Below, piece after piece: positions 25,897-35,200 of a stretch of 55,164 nt of DNA; position 1 is the first letter of the stretch; the number at the start of each line of letters is the position of its first letter. Source of the stretch: a virus (Duplodnaviria; Caudoviricetes); IMG/VR virus record IMGVR_UViG_3300046816_000301, positions 1-55,164 of that record. One strand, 5' to 3'. Under the pieces are notes generated by a model. It was not told where the DNA came from. It worked only from the letters and a program-made list of their open reading frames with translations, and ran no database searches. The translations under genes were made by a program, and so were the position numbers.

Positions 25897-28836
25897 ATGG
25901 ACTTGGAAGCGTTCCTTGATCGGGTAGTATCACCAGGAAATTTTCTGGCGCTAGCCTATAAGATGCCCGGCAGGGGCATGGTCCCCCGGTTTTTTCGCCG
26001 CACCGATATTCACGGCGCCGCCGGGTTTGCGCGCTGGGTGTCGGGTAAAGGCGGTGACGTGTGGCACGCACTCGCATCCTATACAGATGCTGCGTTAAAG
26101 CGCGATGACAAGACTGGCAACGAGCACTACACCGGCGCCCGCACCCAGGCCAACGCACAGTCGCTGCGCTGCTTCTGGTTCGACGCCGACATCAAGCGCG
26201 ACGGTGACGGCAAGGACCCGAGCAAAGTCTTCGCCGATCTGCCCGAGCTAGTAAGCTGGGTCGCGTCGTTTAGAAACTCCACCGGTATCCCGCTGCCAAA
26301 CCTGTGGGTCCGCAGCGGCTACGGGATGCACCTCTACTGGATCGTCGAGGACGCGCTCGACAAGGCGGCGTGGCAGCCGCACGCCGAGGCGTTGAAGGCG
26401 GCGCTCATCGGCAACGGCGCTAAAGGCGACTTCGCGGTGGTCGCCGACGCGGCGCGCATCCTGCGCCCGGTGGATACCTTCAACTACAAAATCCCGGCGC
26501 AGCCGGCGCCGTGTTATGTCTTCATGGAAGACAAGCTGTGCCTGCCCGACTATCCCAACACGGTCTTTCTCGGCACAATCCCTACCGTAGGGCAGTCCTC
26601 CCCTGCAAGCGGGGGAGGGGGTCTGCACGGCCCGCCGCCCCGGCGCGGCGCCACCCCGGTCGCTGCCGCTGCGCGACAGGGCACCGGTGCTCAACCGCGC
26701 GACTTCGCCCTCATCGCCAACGAGTGCGGCCAGGTTTCTCGTTCATTGAACGAGAATGGGGCCAACGACGGGCGGCAGATGTGGCACGCCCTCGTGACCC
26801 TTGCCTGGTTCTGCGAGGCTGGCCGCCACTGGGCGCACCAGGTGGGCGACCAGCATCCGCAGTACACCCCAGCTGGCACCGACCACGAGTTCGACCAGAT
26901 CGATGCTGAGCACAGACGCAAGCCCTTCGGACCGCCGCTGTGCCGGACGCTCGACGCTGAGCGCGGCGGAGTCTGCGCGCTCTGCCCGCACTGGGGAGCG
27001 GTGACTTCGCCTTATCAGCTAGGACTGCTCACCAACACCGACGACCTCCCGACGGGCTACCAGCGCAACAACGGCTGGATCGAGCATCAGGTCAGGGTTA
27101 AGGACGATTTCGAGTGGCGGCGGCTGATCGTTGGAGACATGACTGGGCCGCTGCTCGAACAGGTTGGGGGACACTTCCGGCTACGCTTCGTCTACACCTA
27201 CGGTCGCTTTTCCGGCGAGATTGCGATCGAAGAATTTGACGTTATACCGGAAGTGACGCGCTTCAAGACTAACATGGCGATGCAAGGGCTGACCCTCAAT
27301 TTCGATAACACGCGTGGCGTGGGACAGATGCTCATGGCATGGATTGAGAAGCTGCGCGGCAGCGCGTTGCATCGCTCCTTACCCGCCTTTGGCTGGGCCA
27401 AGGACGGTAAGGACCAGATACTCGGGTTCGCCACGGGCGGTACCTGCTACCGCTCGACCGGCGAGGTCGAGCGGGCGCGAGGTGACGACGAGATGATCCT
27501 GCGCTACACGCCGCGCGGCACCCTCGCCGGCTGGCAGTCGGCGGTCGAGTATGTAATCAAGGATCAGCCGCTGCTGCAGATCGTCGTTGCCGGTGCCTTC
27601 GCCGCGCCGTTGATCGAGTTCTCCAATGCCTACGGGATATGCCTCTCCATCTGGTCGATGCGCAGCGGCACCGGCAAGACCAGCGCCTTCCGCCTTGGCG
27701 CCAGTGTGTGGGGCAACCCGCGCCACAACATCTTCACCCTCGACGACACACCCAACTCGATCATGCACAACATCAGCGAAGCTCGCATGCTTCCGGCTTA
27801 CTGGGACGAGGGGGCGCTGGTCGACGACCGCAAGGACGCGGTCAAAAACTTCATCTTCAAGCTGAGCCACGGCCGCGATAAGTTTCGCATGTCGGCTGAT
27901 ATCAAGGTGCGCGCACCCGGCGAGTGGAACACGCTGCTGGTGATCTCCGCCAACCGCTCGATCCGCAGCCTGCTCAGCCAGGACGTATCGACCGACGCCA
28001 CCGCGCTGCGCGTGATGGAGCTGCAACATACCCGCGCACCCATGCCGTACTCGCCGGCAGCGGCGGGCGCCATCGCCAAGCTCGACGAGAATTACGGCCT
28101 GGCGGGTGTCGAGTACGCGCGGTTCATCGCCACCCATGTCGATCAGGTGCGCTCTCTGATTACTAGATCAGAGAGCGCACTGCAGGCGCAGACCAGCGCG
28201 TCGAGTGAGGAGCGCTTCTATGTCTCGGGCGCGGCGTGCATCCTCGCCGGCGCCGGCATCGCCAAGCGCCTCGGCCTCATCGACTTCGACATCAACGCCA
28301 TATTCGCCGAACTATGCACCGTCATTACCGGCTCACGCATCGAGCGCATGGAGACCGATGAGGCGCCGATCTACGACGCCGAGGACCGCGCCGCCTACAT
28401 CATCAACGAGTTCTGCAACCACCACCGGCGCGAGCGAGTAGTGACCCGGCGCTTCAAACCCAGCGGGCCGATCGACAAGGCGGAGCAGTTGCTCGCTGCG
28501 CCGCTCGAACTCAACCCGAGGCTGGCGACACCGGCCTACCAGATTGCGATCGTCGAGAAGCGGCTGCGCATCGACCGTCGGGCATTCGCCGACTTCTGCC
28601 GGCATCGTAACTATCACCCGTACAAAGTTGCCAACGACGCCAGGTATTACTTTATCGACCGGCTAGTGCTGCTGCACGGCCCGGTGCAGGGTCCGATTGG
28701 CGCCGGTACGCTCTACATGACGCCGAGGGTTAACCTTCTCGAGGTCTCACTCGAGCACCCCAAACTGAAATACCTACTCGCTGAGTTCGCCGCCCCCGCC
28801 GTCGGGAACAACATCATTCCGTTGCGCCCTCGTTAG
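25897..28836 (+). CDS. Primase-helicase (AEP/RepB-like primase, PriCT-like region, DUF927 plus P-loop)
   Basis: WFDAD, SGYGMHLYW, D.ARILRP; C...CALCPHW; FGW, G.L.GW, SGTGKTS, WDE. Confidence 0.85.
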   Translation: MDLEAFLDRVVSPGNFLALAYKMPGRGMVPRFFRRTDIHGAAGFARWVSGKGGDVWHALASYTDAALKRDDKTGNEHYTGARTQANAQSLRCFWFDADIKRDGDGKDPSKVFADLPELVSWVASFRNSTGIPLPNLWVRSGYGMHLYWIVEDALDKAAWQPHAEALKAALIGNGAKGDFAVVADAARILRPVDTFNYKIPAQPAPCYVFMEDKLCLPDYPNTVFLGTIPTVGQSSPASGGGGLHGPPPRRGATPVAAAARQGTGAQPRDFALIANECGQVSRSLNENGANDGRQMWHALVTLAWFCEAGRHWAHQVGDQHPQYTPAGTDHEFDQIDAEHRRKPFGPPLCRTLDAERGGVCALCPHWGAVTSPYQLGLLTNTDDLPTGYQRNNGWIEHQVRVKDDFEWRRLIVGDMTGPLLEQVGGHFRLRFVYTYGRFSGEIAIEEFDVIPEVTRFKTNMAMQGLTLNFDNTRGVGQMLMAWIEKLRGSALHRSLPAFGWAKDGKDQILGFATGGTCYRSTGEVERARGDDEMILRYTPRGTLAGWQSAVEYVIKDQPLLQIVVAGAFAAPLIEFSNAYGICLSIWSMRSGTGKTSAFRLGASVWGNPRHNIFTLDDTPNSIMHNISEARMLPAYWDEGALVDDRKDAVKNFIFKLSHGRDKFRMSADIKVRAPGEWNTLLVISANRSIRSLLSQDVSTDATALRVMELQHTRAPMPYSPAAAGAIAKLDENYGLAGVEYARFIATHVDQVRSLITRSESALQAQTSASSEERFYVSGAACILAGAGIAKRLGLIDFDINAIFAELCTVITGSRIERMETDEAPIYDAEDRAAYIINEFCNHHRRERVVTRRFKPSGPIDKAEQLLAAPLELNPRLATPAYQIAIVEKRLRIDRRAFADFCRHRNYHPYKVANDARYYFIDRLVLLHGPVQGPIGAGTLYMTPRVNLLEVSLEHPKLKYLLAEFAAPAVGNNIIPLRPR
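26579..26593. repeat. Palindrome P copy (primase linker)
   Basis: TCCCTACCGTAGGGC, encodes IPTVG. Confidence 0.9.
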
Positions 28837-29018
28837 TTACCCAGTCTGTCGATAAACTCCTGCGGCGGCGTCGTGATTAATCTTGTATGCCCGACCCGCA
28901 CCGAGCGGATCTTTTCCTCGGCGATCATCTTATGGGTGTAGGACACCGAGAGGCTGACCTGCTCAGCCCATTCCTTGACCTTCCACGCAACCTTGGTGGG
29001 AGCCTTCGCATCGTCCAT
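28833..29018 (-). CDS. Excisionase-like HTH protein
   Basis: WKVKEWAEQVSLSVSYTHKMIAEEKIRSVRVGHTRLI (HTH_17/AlpA-like); near the integrase. Confidence 0.8.
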   Translation of the reverse strand: MDDAKAPTKVAWKVKEWAEQVSLSVSYTHKMIAEEKIRSVRVGHTRLITTPPQEFIDRLGN

Positions 29019-29103
29019 GTATAGCTCCTGTAGTTGCTGGCGTCATTCAACGCCAATTGAGGAGCGGCGGCAACGATAAAAAAGGCCCGCTGCCTGTCTG
29101 CGA

Positions 29104-29403
29104 TCAGCGGGACTCAAAGCCGCAGATCGCGCAACGCTTTAACGACTCGTCTGGCTGGCACGCGTCGCCGCTGGCGAGCGCCGACAAGCAGGGCGTTTGA
29201 TGACCCTCCCTATCAGCCACCGCTCGGGCGGCGAAGGCGTCGATCTTGCGAATATGCGAGGAATACTCGATCGCGTTGGCAAACCAACCGATCATCCATC
29301 CTTCGTCGATATCGTGCCCAAGGTCGCGGGCAATCTTGCAAAACTCGGCCGCCCATTTGGCCGCATCATCGCCCATGTAGGCGAGCAATTCCCCGTCCGT
29401 CAT
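29104..29403 (-). CDS. Hypothetical protein
   Basis: GGAGG RBS; DAAKWAAEF...MIGWFANAI. Confidence 0.7.
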   Translation of the reverse strand: MTDGELLAYMGDDAAKWAAEFCKIARDLGHDIDEGWMIGWFANAIEYSSHIRKIDAFAARAVADREGHQTPCLSALASGDACQPDESLKRCAICGFESR

Positions 29404-29439
29404 ATGAACCTCCTGTGGTAAGCTCTCCCTAGCTCTCCT

Positions 29440-29619
29440 TCATGCACCGAACAACACACGCCCTAGCGCGATGCCGGCGCCGACCGCCGCCGCTATGGCG
29501 ATGATGGTTTGGAGCATGACCTTACGGCCTTCCCATTTAAGCTCGCTGCGCAGCTTTTGAATGTTAACGGTCATTTGCTCGATCCTCAGATCCTGTTCTT
29601 CAAGGTCGCGCTCGGTCAT
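29440..29619 (-). CDS. Small coiled-coil plus TM protein (59 aa, below cutoff)
   Basis: Hand translation MTERDLEEQDLRIEQMTVNIQKLRSELKWEGRKVMLQTIIAIAAAVGAGIALGRVLFGA. Confidence 0.6.
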   Translation of the reverse strand: MTERDLEEQDLRIEQMTVNIQKLRSELKWEGRKVMLQTIIAIAAAVGAGIALGRVLFGA

Positions 29620-29625
29620 ATGTGG

Positions 29626-30855
29626 CTACGCTTTTAGCGGCACCACGACGCCGCTGGTTGTCGAGCCGCAGACCCGGCCCCAGTGTTCGAGAAACTCCCG
29701 CCGTCGCTCAATCATCTCAGCCCGATCATAGGCTGCCTGGACCCGGTCCCTGATCTTGTGCGCCAGCACGACGTTGACGAGGTCGTCGTCGTAGCCCTCG
29801 ACCTTCATCTTGGTTCCCTCCCTGACCCACTCCCACATCGTCGCGCGGAAGCCGTGCAGTGTGATCTCAGCGCGCACCTCCTGCACCGCGCGCAAGATCG
29901 CCCCCTCGTGCAGCGGCCCGTGCAGGCCGGGGAAGACCCACTGGTTCTGCCGGATCGCCGCCATTTGAGTAAGCACGGCCAAGGCGGCGCTGCTCAGCGG
30001 CACGACGTGCTGCTTGCGCGTCTTCATCCGGCTCGCCGGGATCGTCCACATTCCGCGTTCTAGATCGAACTCCTGCCACGAAGCCTCGCGTACCTCGTCG
30101 CGGCGCAGCCCGGTTAGCACGACCATCTCGGCTGCCCGGTAGGCGATACCATCGAGGTCGCGCAGCTCGTCCATGAAGGAGCCAATCTCGCGCCACGATA
30201 GGGAAGGGCGGTGAGTTGTCGCGTGCGAGAACTCCGGCAGTAGGAATTTAAGCACGCCCCACTCTGCCGGGTTGTCGTCGCGATACCCCTGCGCCTTGGC
30301 CCAGTTGCAGACCACGGATAATCGTTTCACCGCCTCGCGCGTCACGACGCCGCCCCAGATCGGGCGGAACACATCCGCGATCTCCTTGGAGGTGATCGTC
30401 GCGATGTCCCGTTGCCCCAGCGTCGGGTAGACGCGAGCGGCAATCGAGGTCTCCCACGTCGCGCGATAGCGCGGCGTCTTCCCCTGAAGATGATCCTTCA
30501 CGTAGGCGCGGACGCACTGCTCGACCGTGTGCCTGTGCACCGGCTGAAGCGCTGCGCGCTGCTCCCTGCGCGCGGCAAGCGGATCGACGCCGTCTTGAAG
30601 GTCGGCGTGCAGCGCCCGTACCTTGCTGCGCGCCTTCGCGAGCGGGACGTGGAGAACGGAGCCAAGCCCCATGTCATGACGCTTACCGGCGAAGTGATAG
30701 CGGAAGACCCAGGACTTCGATGACTCACCGACGGCCAGGTACAGCCCGAGGCCGTCGCAGTAGTATCCGGGGCGCGCCTCGGTCTCGACGCGCCGGACAG
30801 TTAACCTGTTTTGAATGAGCTTTGGCATGCGGCTCCCTACTGCCTGCGTTACCAT
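29626..30855 (-). CDS. int: P4-type tyrosine integrase
   Basis: Arm-binding N-terminus DGLGLYL..KSWVFRY..MGLG; catalytic R (GLRRDE), K (RMKT), HGFR, LAH and Y (AAYDR) all present. Confidence 0.95.
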   Translation of the reverse strand: MVTQAVGSRMPKLIQNRLTVRRVETEARPGYYCDGLGLYLAVGESSKSWVFRYHFAGKRHDMGLGSVLHVPLAKARSKVRALHADLQDGVDPLAARREQRAALQPVHRHTVEQCVRAYVKDHLQGKTPRYRATWETSIAARVYPTLGQRDIATITSKEIADVFRPIWGGVVTREAVKRLSVVCNWAKAQGYRDDNPAEWGVLKFLLPEFSHATTHRPSLSWREIGSFMDELRDLDGIAYRAAEMVVLTGLRRDEVREASWQEFDLERGMWTIPASRMKTRKQHVVPLSSAALAVLTQMAAIRQNQWVFPGLHGPLHEGAILRAVQEVRAEITLHGFRATMWEWVREGTKMKVEGYDDDLVNVVLAHKIRDRVQAAYDRAEMIERRREFLEHWGRVCGSTTSGVVVPLKA

Positions 30856-31074
30856 CTATCGGATGGAGTACGCCAGTATGCCACATAGATCAGTGTGGAG
30901 GAACTATAATTTGTATTTGGCCAATATCAATGGCTTAGAAGCGTATCGTGGACGATAGTAAATATAGGAACTGTGTTTGAAGCAAGTAAGATAAATGATT
31001 TTATATCAATATGTTACGAAGATTAATTTTTATGTTACTGTCGTCCGTCCCTCCTGCGGATCTACTCAAACTTT

Positions 31075-31143
31075 TCCCTACCGTAGGGAGTAAGCATTAG
31101 ACTCAGCCCTAACGATCGATCAAGTTTTTCCCTACCGTAGGGA
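31075..31143. repeat. Two palindrome P copies 54 bp apart, upstream of int
   Basis: TTTTCCCTACCGTAGGGAGT twice (cores 31075-31089 and 31129-31143). Confidence 0.95.
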
Positions 31144-31211
31144 GTTATGCACACCATATTATGAGCGCCAGCAGGGCTACCCAAAGCACTACATTCCCTA
31201 TGATATAAAAC

Positions 31212-31235
31212 AAAAAACCCCAATTCAGTCGGGGC
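31212..31235 (-). terminator. Probable terminator of the leftward late transcript
   Basis: Minus strand GCCCCGA-CTGAA-TTGGGGT-TTTTT. Confidence 0.55.
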
Positions 31236-31298
31236 TTGCGGCGTTGATTAATTTCGACGAGGTGGAGGTATAGGCGGCTCACGGGGGCACCTCCACGT

Positions 31299-31463
31299 TC
31301 AGCGCTGGCGTGGTATAGGAGCTATATTTGTGCTCCCAAGCATCCCCTTTTGCAACTTGAAAAAATTGACCGGGTCAATCTCCCATTCCAGCATGCGCCG
31401 CTGCAGCTCCTCGCAGTAGCGGCGCTCCTCGTCGCGAAATCTTTCCTCGTCTTTGTCGGTCAT
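31299..31463 (-). CDS. Hypothetical 54-aa protein
   Basis: Hand translation [30 protein letters not shown]...; ATGA-coupled to the upstream gene. Confidence 0.45.
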   Translation of the reverse strand: MTDKDEERFRDEERRYCEELQRRMLEWEIDPVNFFKLQKGMLGSTNIAPIPRQR

Positions 31464-31594
31464 TTCTTTCCGGGTTTCTTGCGAGCCGTGCTAAGCGCGA
31501 TCGCAACAGCTTGCTTCTGCGGCCTGCCGGCGGCGATCTCGGTCTTGATATTCTGACTGATCGTCGCGCGCGACGTGCCCTTCTTTAGTGGCAT
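31460..31594 (-). CDS. Small basic phage protein (44 aa)
   Basis: [40 protein letters not shown], a pattern recurrent in phage late regions. Confidence 0.75.
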   Translation of the reverse strand: MPLKKGTSRATISQNIKTEIAAGRPQKQAVAIALSTARKKPGKK

Positions 31595-31595
31595 C

Positions 31596-31757
31596 TTATC
31601 CTCTCAGCCCGGGCAGGAAGATAAACAACCCCAATAGTAACACGGCGGTGAACGCGAGGAAGGCCCGGCCCTGCGCATAAGGCGCGAGTGGGGGGAACGG
31701 GATCAGCGTCATGAACCATAGGAACATGGTCACGACGAAGAGGATCTCGAGGATCAT
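31596..31757 (-). CDS. Small two-TM membrane protein (53 aa)
   Basis: [23 protein letters not shown]...[22 protein letters not shown]. Confidence 0.6.
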   Translation of the reverse strand: MILEILFVVTMFLWFMTLIPFPPLAPYAQGRAFLAFTAVLLLGLFIFLPGLRG

Positions 31758-31886
31758 CTACTTACCCTTCTTTTTCATGTTCTCGGCCTTCTCTTCCTTG
31801 ACCGTAGGGATCTTGCCCAGCTTGCGCTCGGCCTTGTCCTCCTTGTCGGGGTAGGTCCGCGCTGCGAAGAGTTTTGATTTAGCCAT
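31758..31886 (-). CDS. Small Lys-rich protein (42 aa)
   Basis: MAKSKLFAARTYPDKEDKAERKLGKIPTVKEEKAENMKKKGK; GGGAG RBS. Confidence 0.5.
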   Translation of the reverse strand: MAKSKLFAARTYPDKEDKAERKLGKIPTVKEEKAENMKKKGK

Positions 31887-31888
31887 TG

Positions 31889-32113
31889 CTATGCTCCCAC
31901 CGTAGTGCGTTTGTCGTAGACCGAGACGCCGCCGTCGAGCGCCTGGATCACCTTACCCAGACGCATCGACGCGTCCTCGAGGTGGCGATACGCAAGCATG
32001 ACGTTGGCGATGGCTTCGCTGTTGGTCATGCCGCTCCTGAGCGCAAGCACAGCGGCGGCAGTGGCCTTGAGTTGTGCTCGTTGCTCATTTGCTTCATCGA
32101 TATGCGAGGTCAT
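31889..32113 (-). CDS. Hypothetical protein
   Basis: AGGAG RBS before ATG 32113; LAYRHLEDASMRLGKVIQALDGGVSVYDK. Confidence 0.7.
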   Translation of the reverse strand: MTSHIDEANEQRAQLKATAAAVLALRSGMTNSEAIANVMLAYRHLEDASMRLGKVIQALDGGVSVYDKRTTVGA

Positions 32114-32238
32114 TGCCGTAGCTCCTACGATAGTTGTAGACTTCAAACGTGGTCCTGATCGGGGGTCACACTCTCCACGTATAACTTGGCTCTCATCCCC
32201 CTCACAGGGAGCCACTTTCTTGCCCAATAGGACTCGTC

Positions 32239-35200
32239 CTATTGCGGCAGGTAGCGGGTCTGTTGCCGCACCTGCTGCAGCTGCTTCGGCGATACGGTCA
32301 GCCCGTAGGTACCCGGCGCATTCTTACGTGCTTCCTGTTGTGCTTTAACAAGCGAGTCGTAGGTGATCGGGTTCCCCGGATAGTTCCGGTTGAACTCCGA
32401 CACTGCCTTCCCGACCGCGCCAAGTCCGTCGATCACCGCCCGGTTAAAGATCTGCGAGCGCTCGTCTTTTTCCTCGGCCATAAAGTCGTTGATCGCCTTG
32501 CGGCCAGCGTAAAAATCACTGATGTCCATCGGGTTAAAGCCGATCGCCTTAGCGATCACGTCACCCGTCGAGATTTGCGACGAGGGGAGGATCACCCGGC
32601 CGCGCGAGTCCTTTACCCCGACCCGGCTGTACTCTTCAGCAGTTACCATATCGCGCAGGATACGCGCCGGAACCATCTTGATTAGCCCTGCTGGGTTGCC
32701 GCGAAACAGGTCGTAGACACCCTGTGCCAACGACGCTACGTCGCCACCCGAGACGCCAAAGAGTTGGTTCGCCACCGTCTTCGACATCTCCTGCGGGCTG
32801 AGATCGCGGAAGTCGGGGAGCATGAGTAAATTATTCAGCCCGAGGCTCGAGCTGACGTCGACCCCGGCGAGCGACGGCAACCCCTTGGTCGCCACCATCG
32901 CCATCGTCGGCCCGATCTGATCGGCAAGCGCCGTCCGGATAATGCGGTCAAAGTCGCGCGGCTGCTTGCGGCCGGTGATCCAGTCGTAGGCGCCGAGCAG
33001 GCCCTTAGCGACTTCTTCGGCGATCGGGATCGACGCGCCGCCAACCAGAGCGTGGTACGCGACGATGCCGCCGAGTTGCTTGAGGGCGATCGCGCGCTCT
33101 CCTGCGTCCCCGCCCCGATAAGCCTCGCGGGTGAGGTTGGCGTAGAGGCCGAACTGGTGCAGCGCGAAGTTGCGGAACTGGAATAAAGGTTTCGCCAGCG
33201 CACCCAGCGGGCCGCGCTGCGAAGCCAGCCACGGCGCGTTGTAGGCGTTCCAGTTGGGTGTGACGACACGGGCATGCTCCATCGCCTTGTCGAGCGCCGC
33301 ATCCAGGTTACCACCGTTCTTTGCCAGCTCCAGATCCACCGCAGCCTTGGCGAAGGTCATGCGGCCCATCGTCTCGACCGCGTTGTCCATCTGCGACATG
33401 GCGCCAAGGGTGCGCTCCTGCAGACTGGCGAGCTTGTTCCAGCTCGAGCCGGGTCGCCCCATCTCCGCCGCCACCGAGGCATGGCTGATGTCGATCATAT
33501 TGGCCGCCACCATGCGGTCGTAGAGCTTGTTCGCCAGTTCAGGGTTGACCCCGTTGGCGATCATCCGGTCGCGGATCAGCGCGCCGTTTTCCCAGTTCAC
33601 CTTCTTGAGGTTGCCCCCCATCTGGGAGAGCATGTTGTTCATTCCCAACCGTAGGGATTTCCCGAACCCGACCTCGCCCTGTGCTTTGGCGGTGGCACGC
33701 AGCGCCGCTGCCTGGCCGTAGCGCCCGCCCAGCAGGGACTGGTTCATCGCGTGCATCCCGACCAACTCGATGGGCATTCGGGCCGGGCGCAGCAGCGACG
33801 AGATAAAGCCGAAATTGGTCAGGAGCTTCGCCGCGCCGTTGACGAACCCCTGGCTCTCGTCGAGGTTCGGCATCCGCTTGCGCATCTGGTTGACGTAATC
33901 CTGCGCCGTGATGCCCTCACCGGGTTTGCCGGACCGCCCCAGATAGTCCGCCCTAGCCTGCATCCGGTTGAGCGTTTCCTCGCGGCCGACATGGCTGGCG
34001 AGGAACCCCATGCGCTGGGCATGGGTATCGTAGGCGTCGCGGTCGACCCGGTTCATATCCTCCGACGCACCGAGCACGCCCTTGCGCGCGCCCATGCGCC
34101 GCGCCGACGCCTCAGTGGCGCGTTTTAAAAAGATCGAGGTGAAGACGTCGTGCACACTCGCAGCCGACTGGTCGGACCAGCCTCTGCGGCGCAACTCCTC
34201 ATCGAGCGCGCTCATCAGCTCGCTCGGCACCTGCTGGCGTCGCGCATACTCAGCCTTGGTCTGCACCTGGCTCGGCTCGAGCTTATCGGCGGCGAACTGC
34301 GCCCGCGCCCGCTCCGCGTCGTAGCGGCTCTCGAACATGTGGACGCCGTAACCCGGTGTGCCCTGGTCGCCGTAAGTGACCATGTAGTCGCCAAAGCGGC
34401 GCAGCGGGAAGTAATCCCCCTGCACCCGGTTCATGTCGTTAAACCGCGCGACCATATCTACCAGCTTGCGGCTGTTCTGGTAACGCTCGCCCATCGTCAT
34501 CGCCAGTGGGCTGGCGTCGGGGTTGGCGAGGAACTCCTGAGTGCCGGCGCGGGTGTAGAACTGCTGCTGCGCCGCCGCGCGATCGGCGGGGGTCGAGTCG
34601 GGTGCGGCGAAGCGCATCATCGAGTCGAGATCGCCGGCGCGTTCACGCTCGTAGAGCTTCTGGTGAAACTCCTGACGGTCCTGGTAGATCCGCTTCGAGG
34701 TGTCGGGCAGGTCATTCCAGTTTGCCTGTAACCGTTGCAGCTCCTTCAGCTGCTCGCTGCTGGTGAGGTGCGCGTTAGCGGTGGGGTCGCTGGTTCCCAT
34801 CTTGGCGTTGAGGTACCCGACATCGTTGGTGAACTGCGCCAGCGCGGTGCGGTCGCGCTCGCCGAGGCGGCCAATGTCCTCGTTGAGTTTCTGCTGAGTG
34901 TCCTTGAATAATTTGCGCTCAGCGCGGCTCACCTCGGCGCCGCGCTCGGTCTCTGCCCGGTGATCGGCGAAATGGTTAGCGCCGGTGTCGGGGTCGCGGA
35001 AGAGGTTACCACTGGCACGGATCATCGCGTCGACGTTTGACCCGTTCATCTCGCCCCTACGTAGGGACTCACCCAGGCGGCTGCCGCCTCGCGCCACCTG
35101 CTCGGTCACCATGTCGCGTGCCCGCTCGGACAGCGGCGGGGCGCTGAGCACATGACCGCCCAGCTCGACGGCGCTTCGTAGTCTAGCATCCTGGATGCCA

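Noticed and set aside
28840-31300. tRNA gene or tRNA-derived att core near the integrase
   Set aside because: No GTTCRA T-loop/CCA pattern could be recognised by eye.
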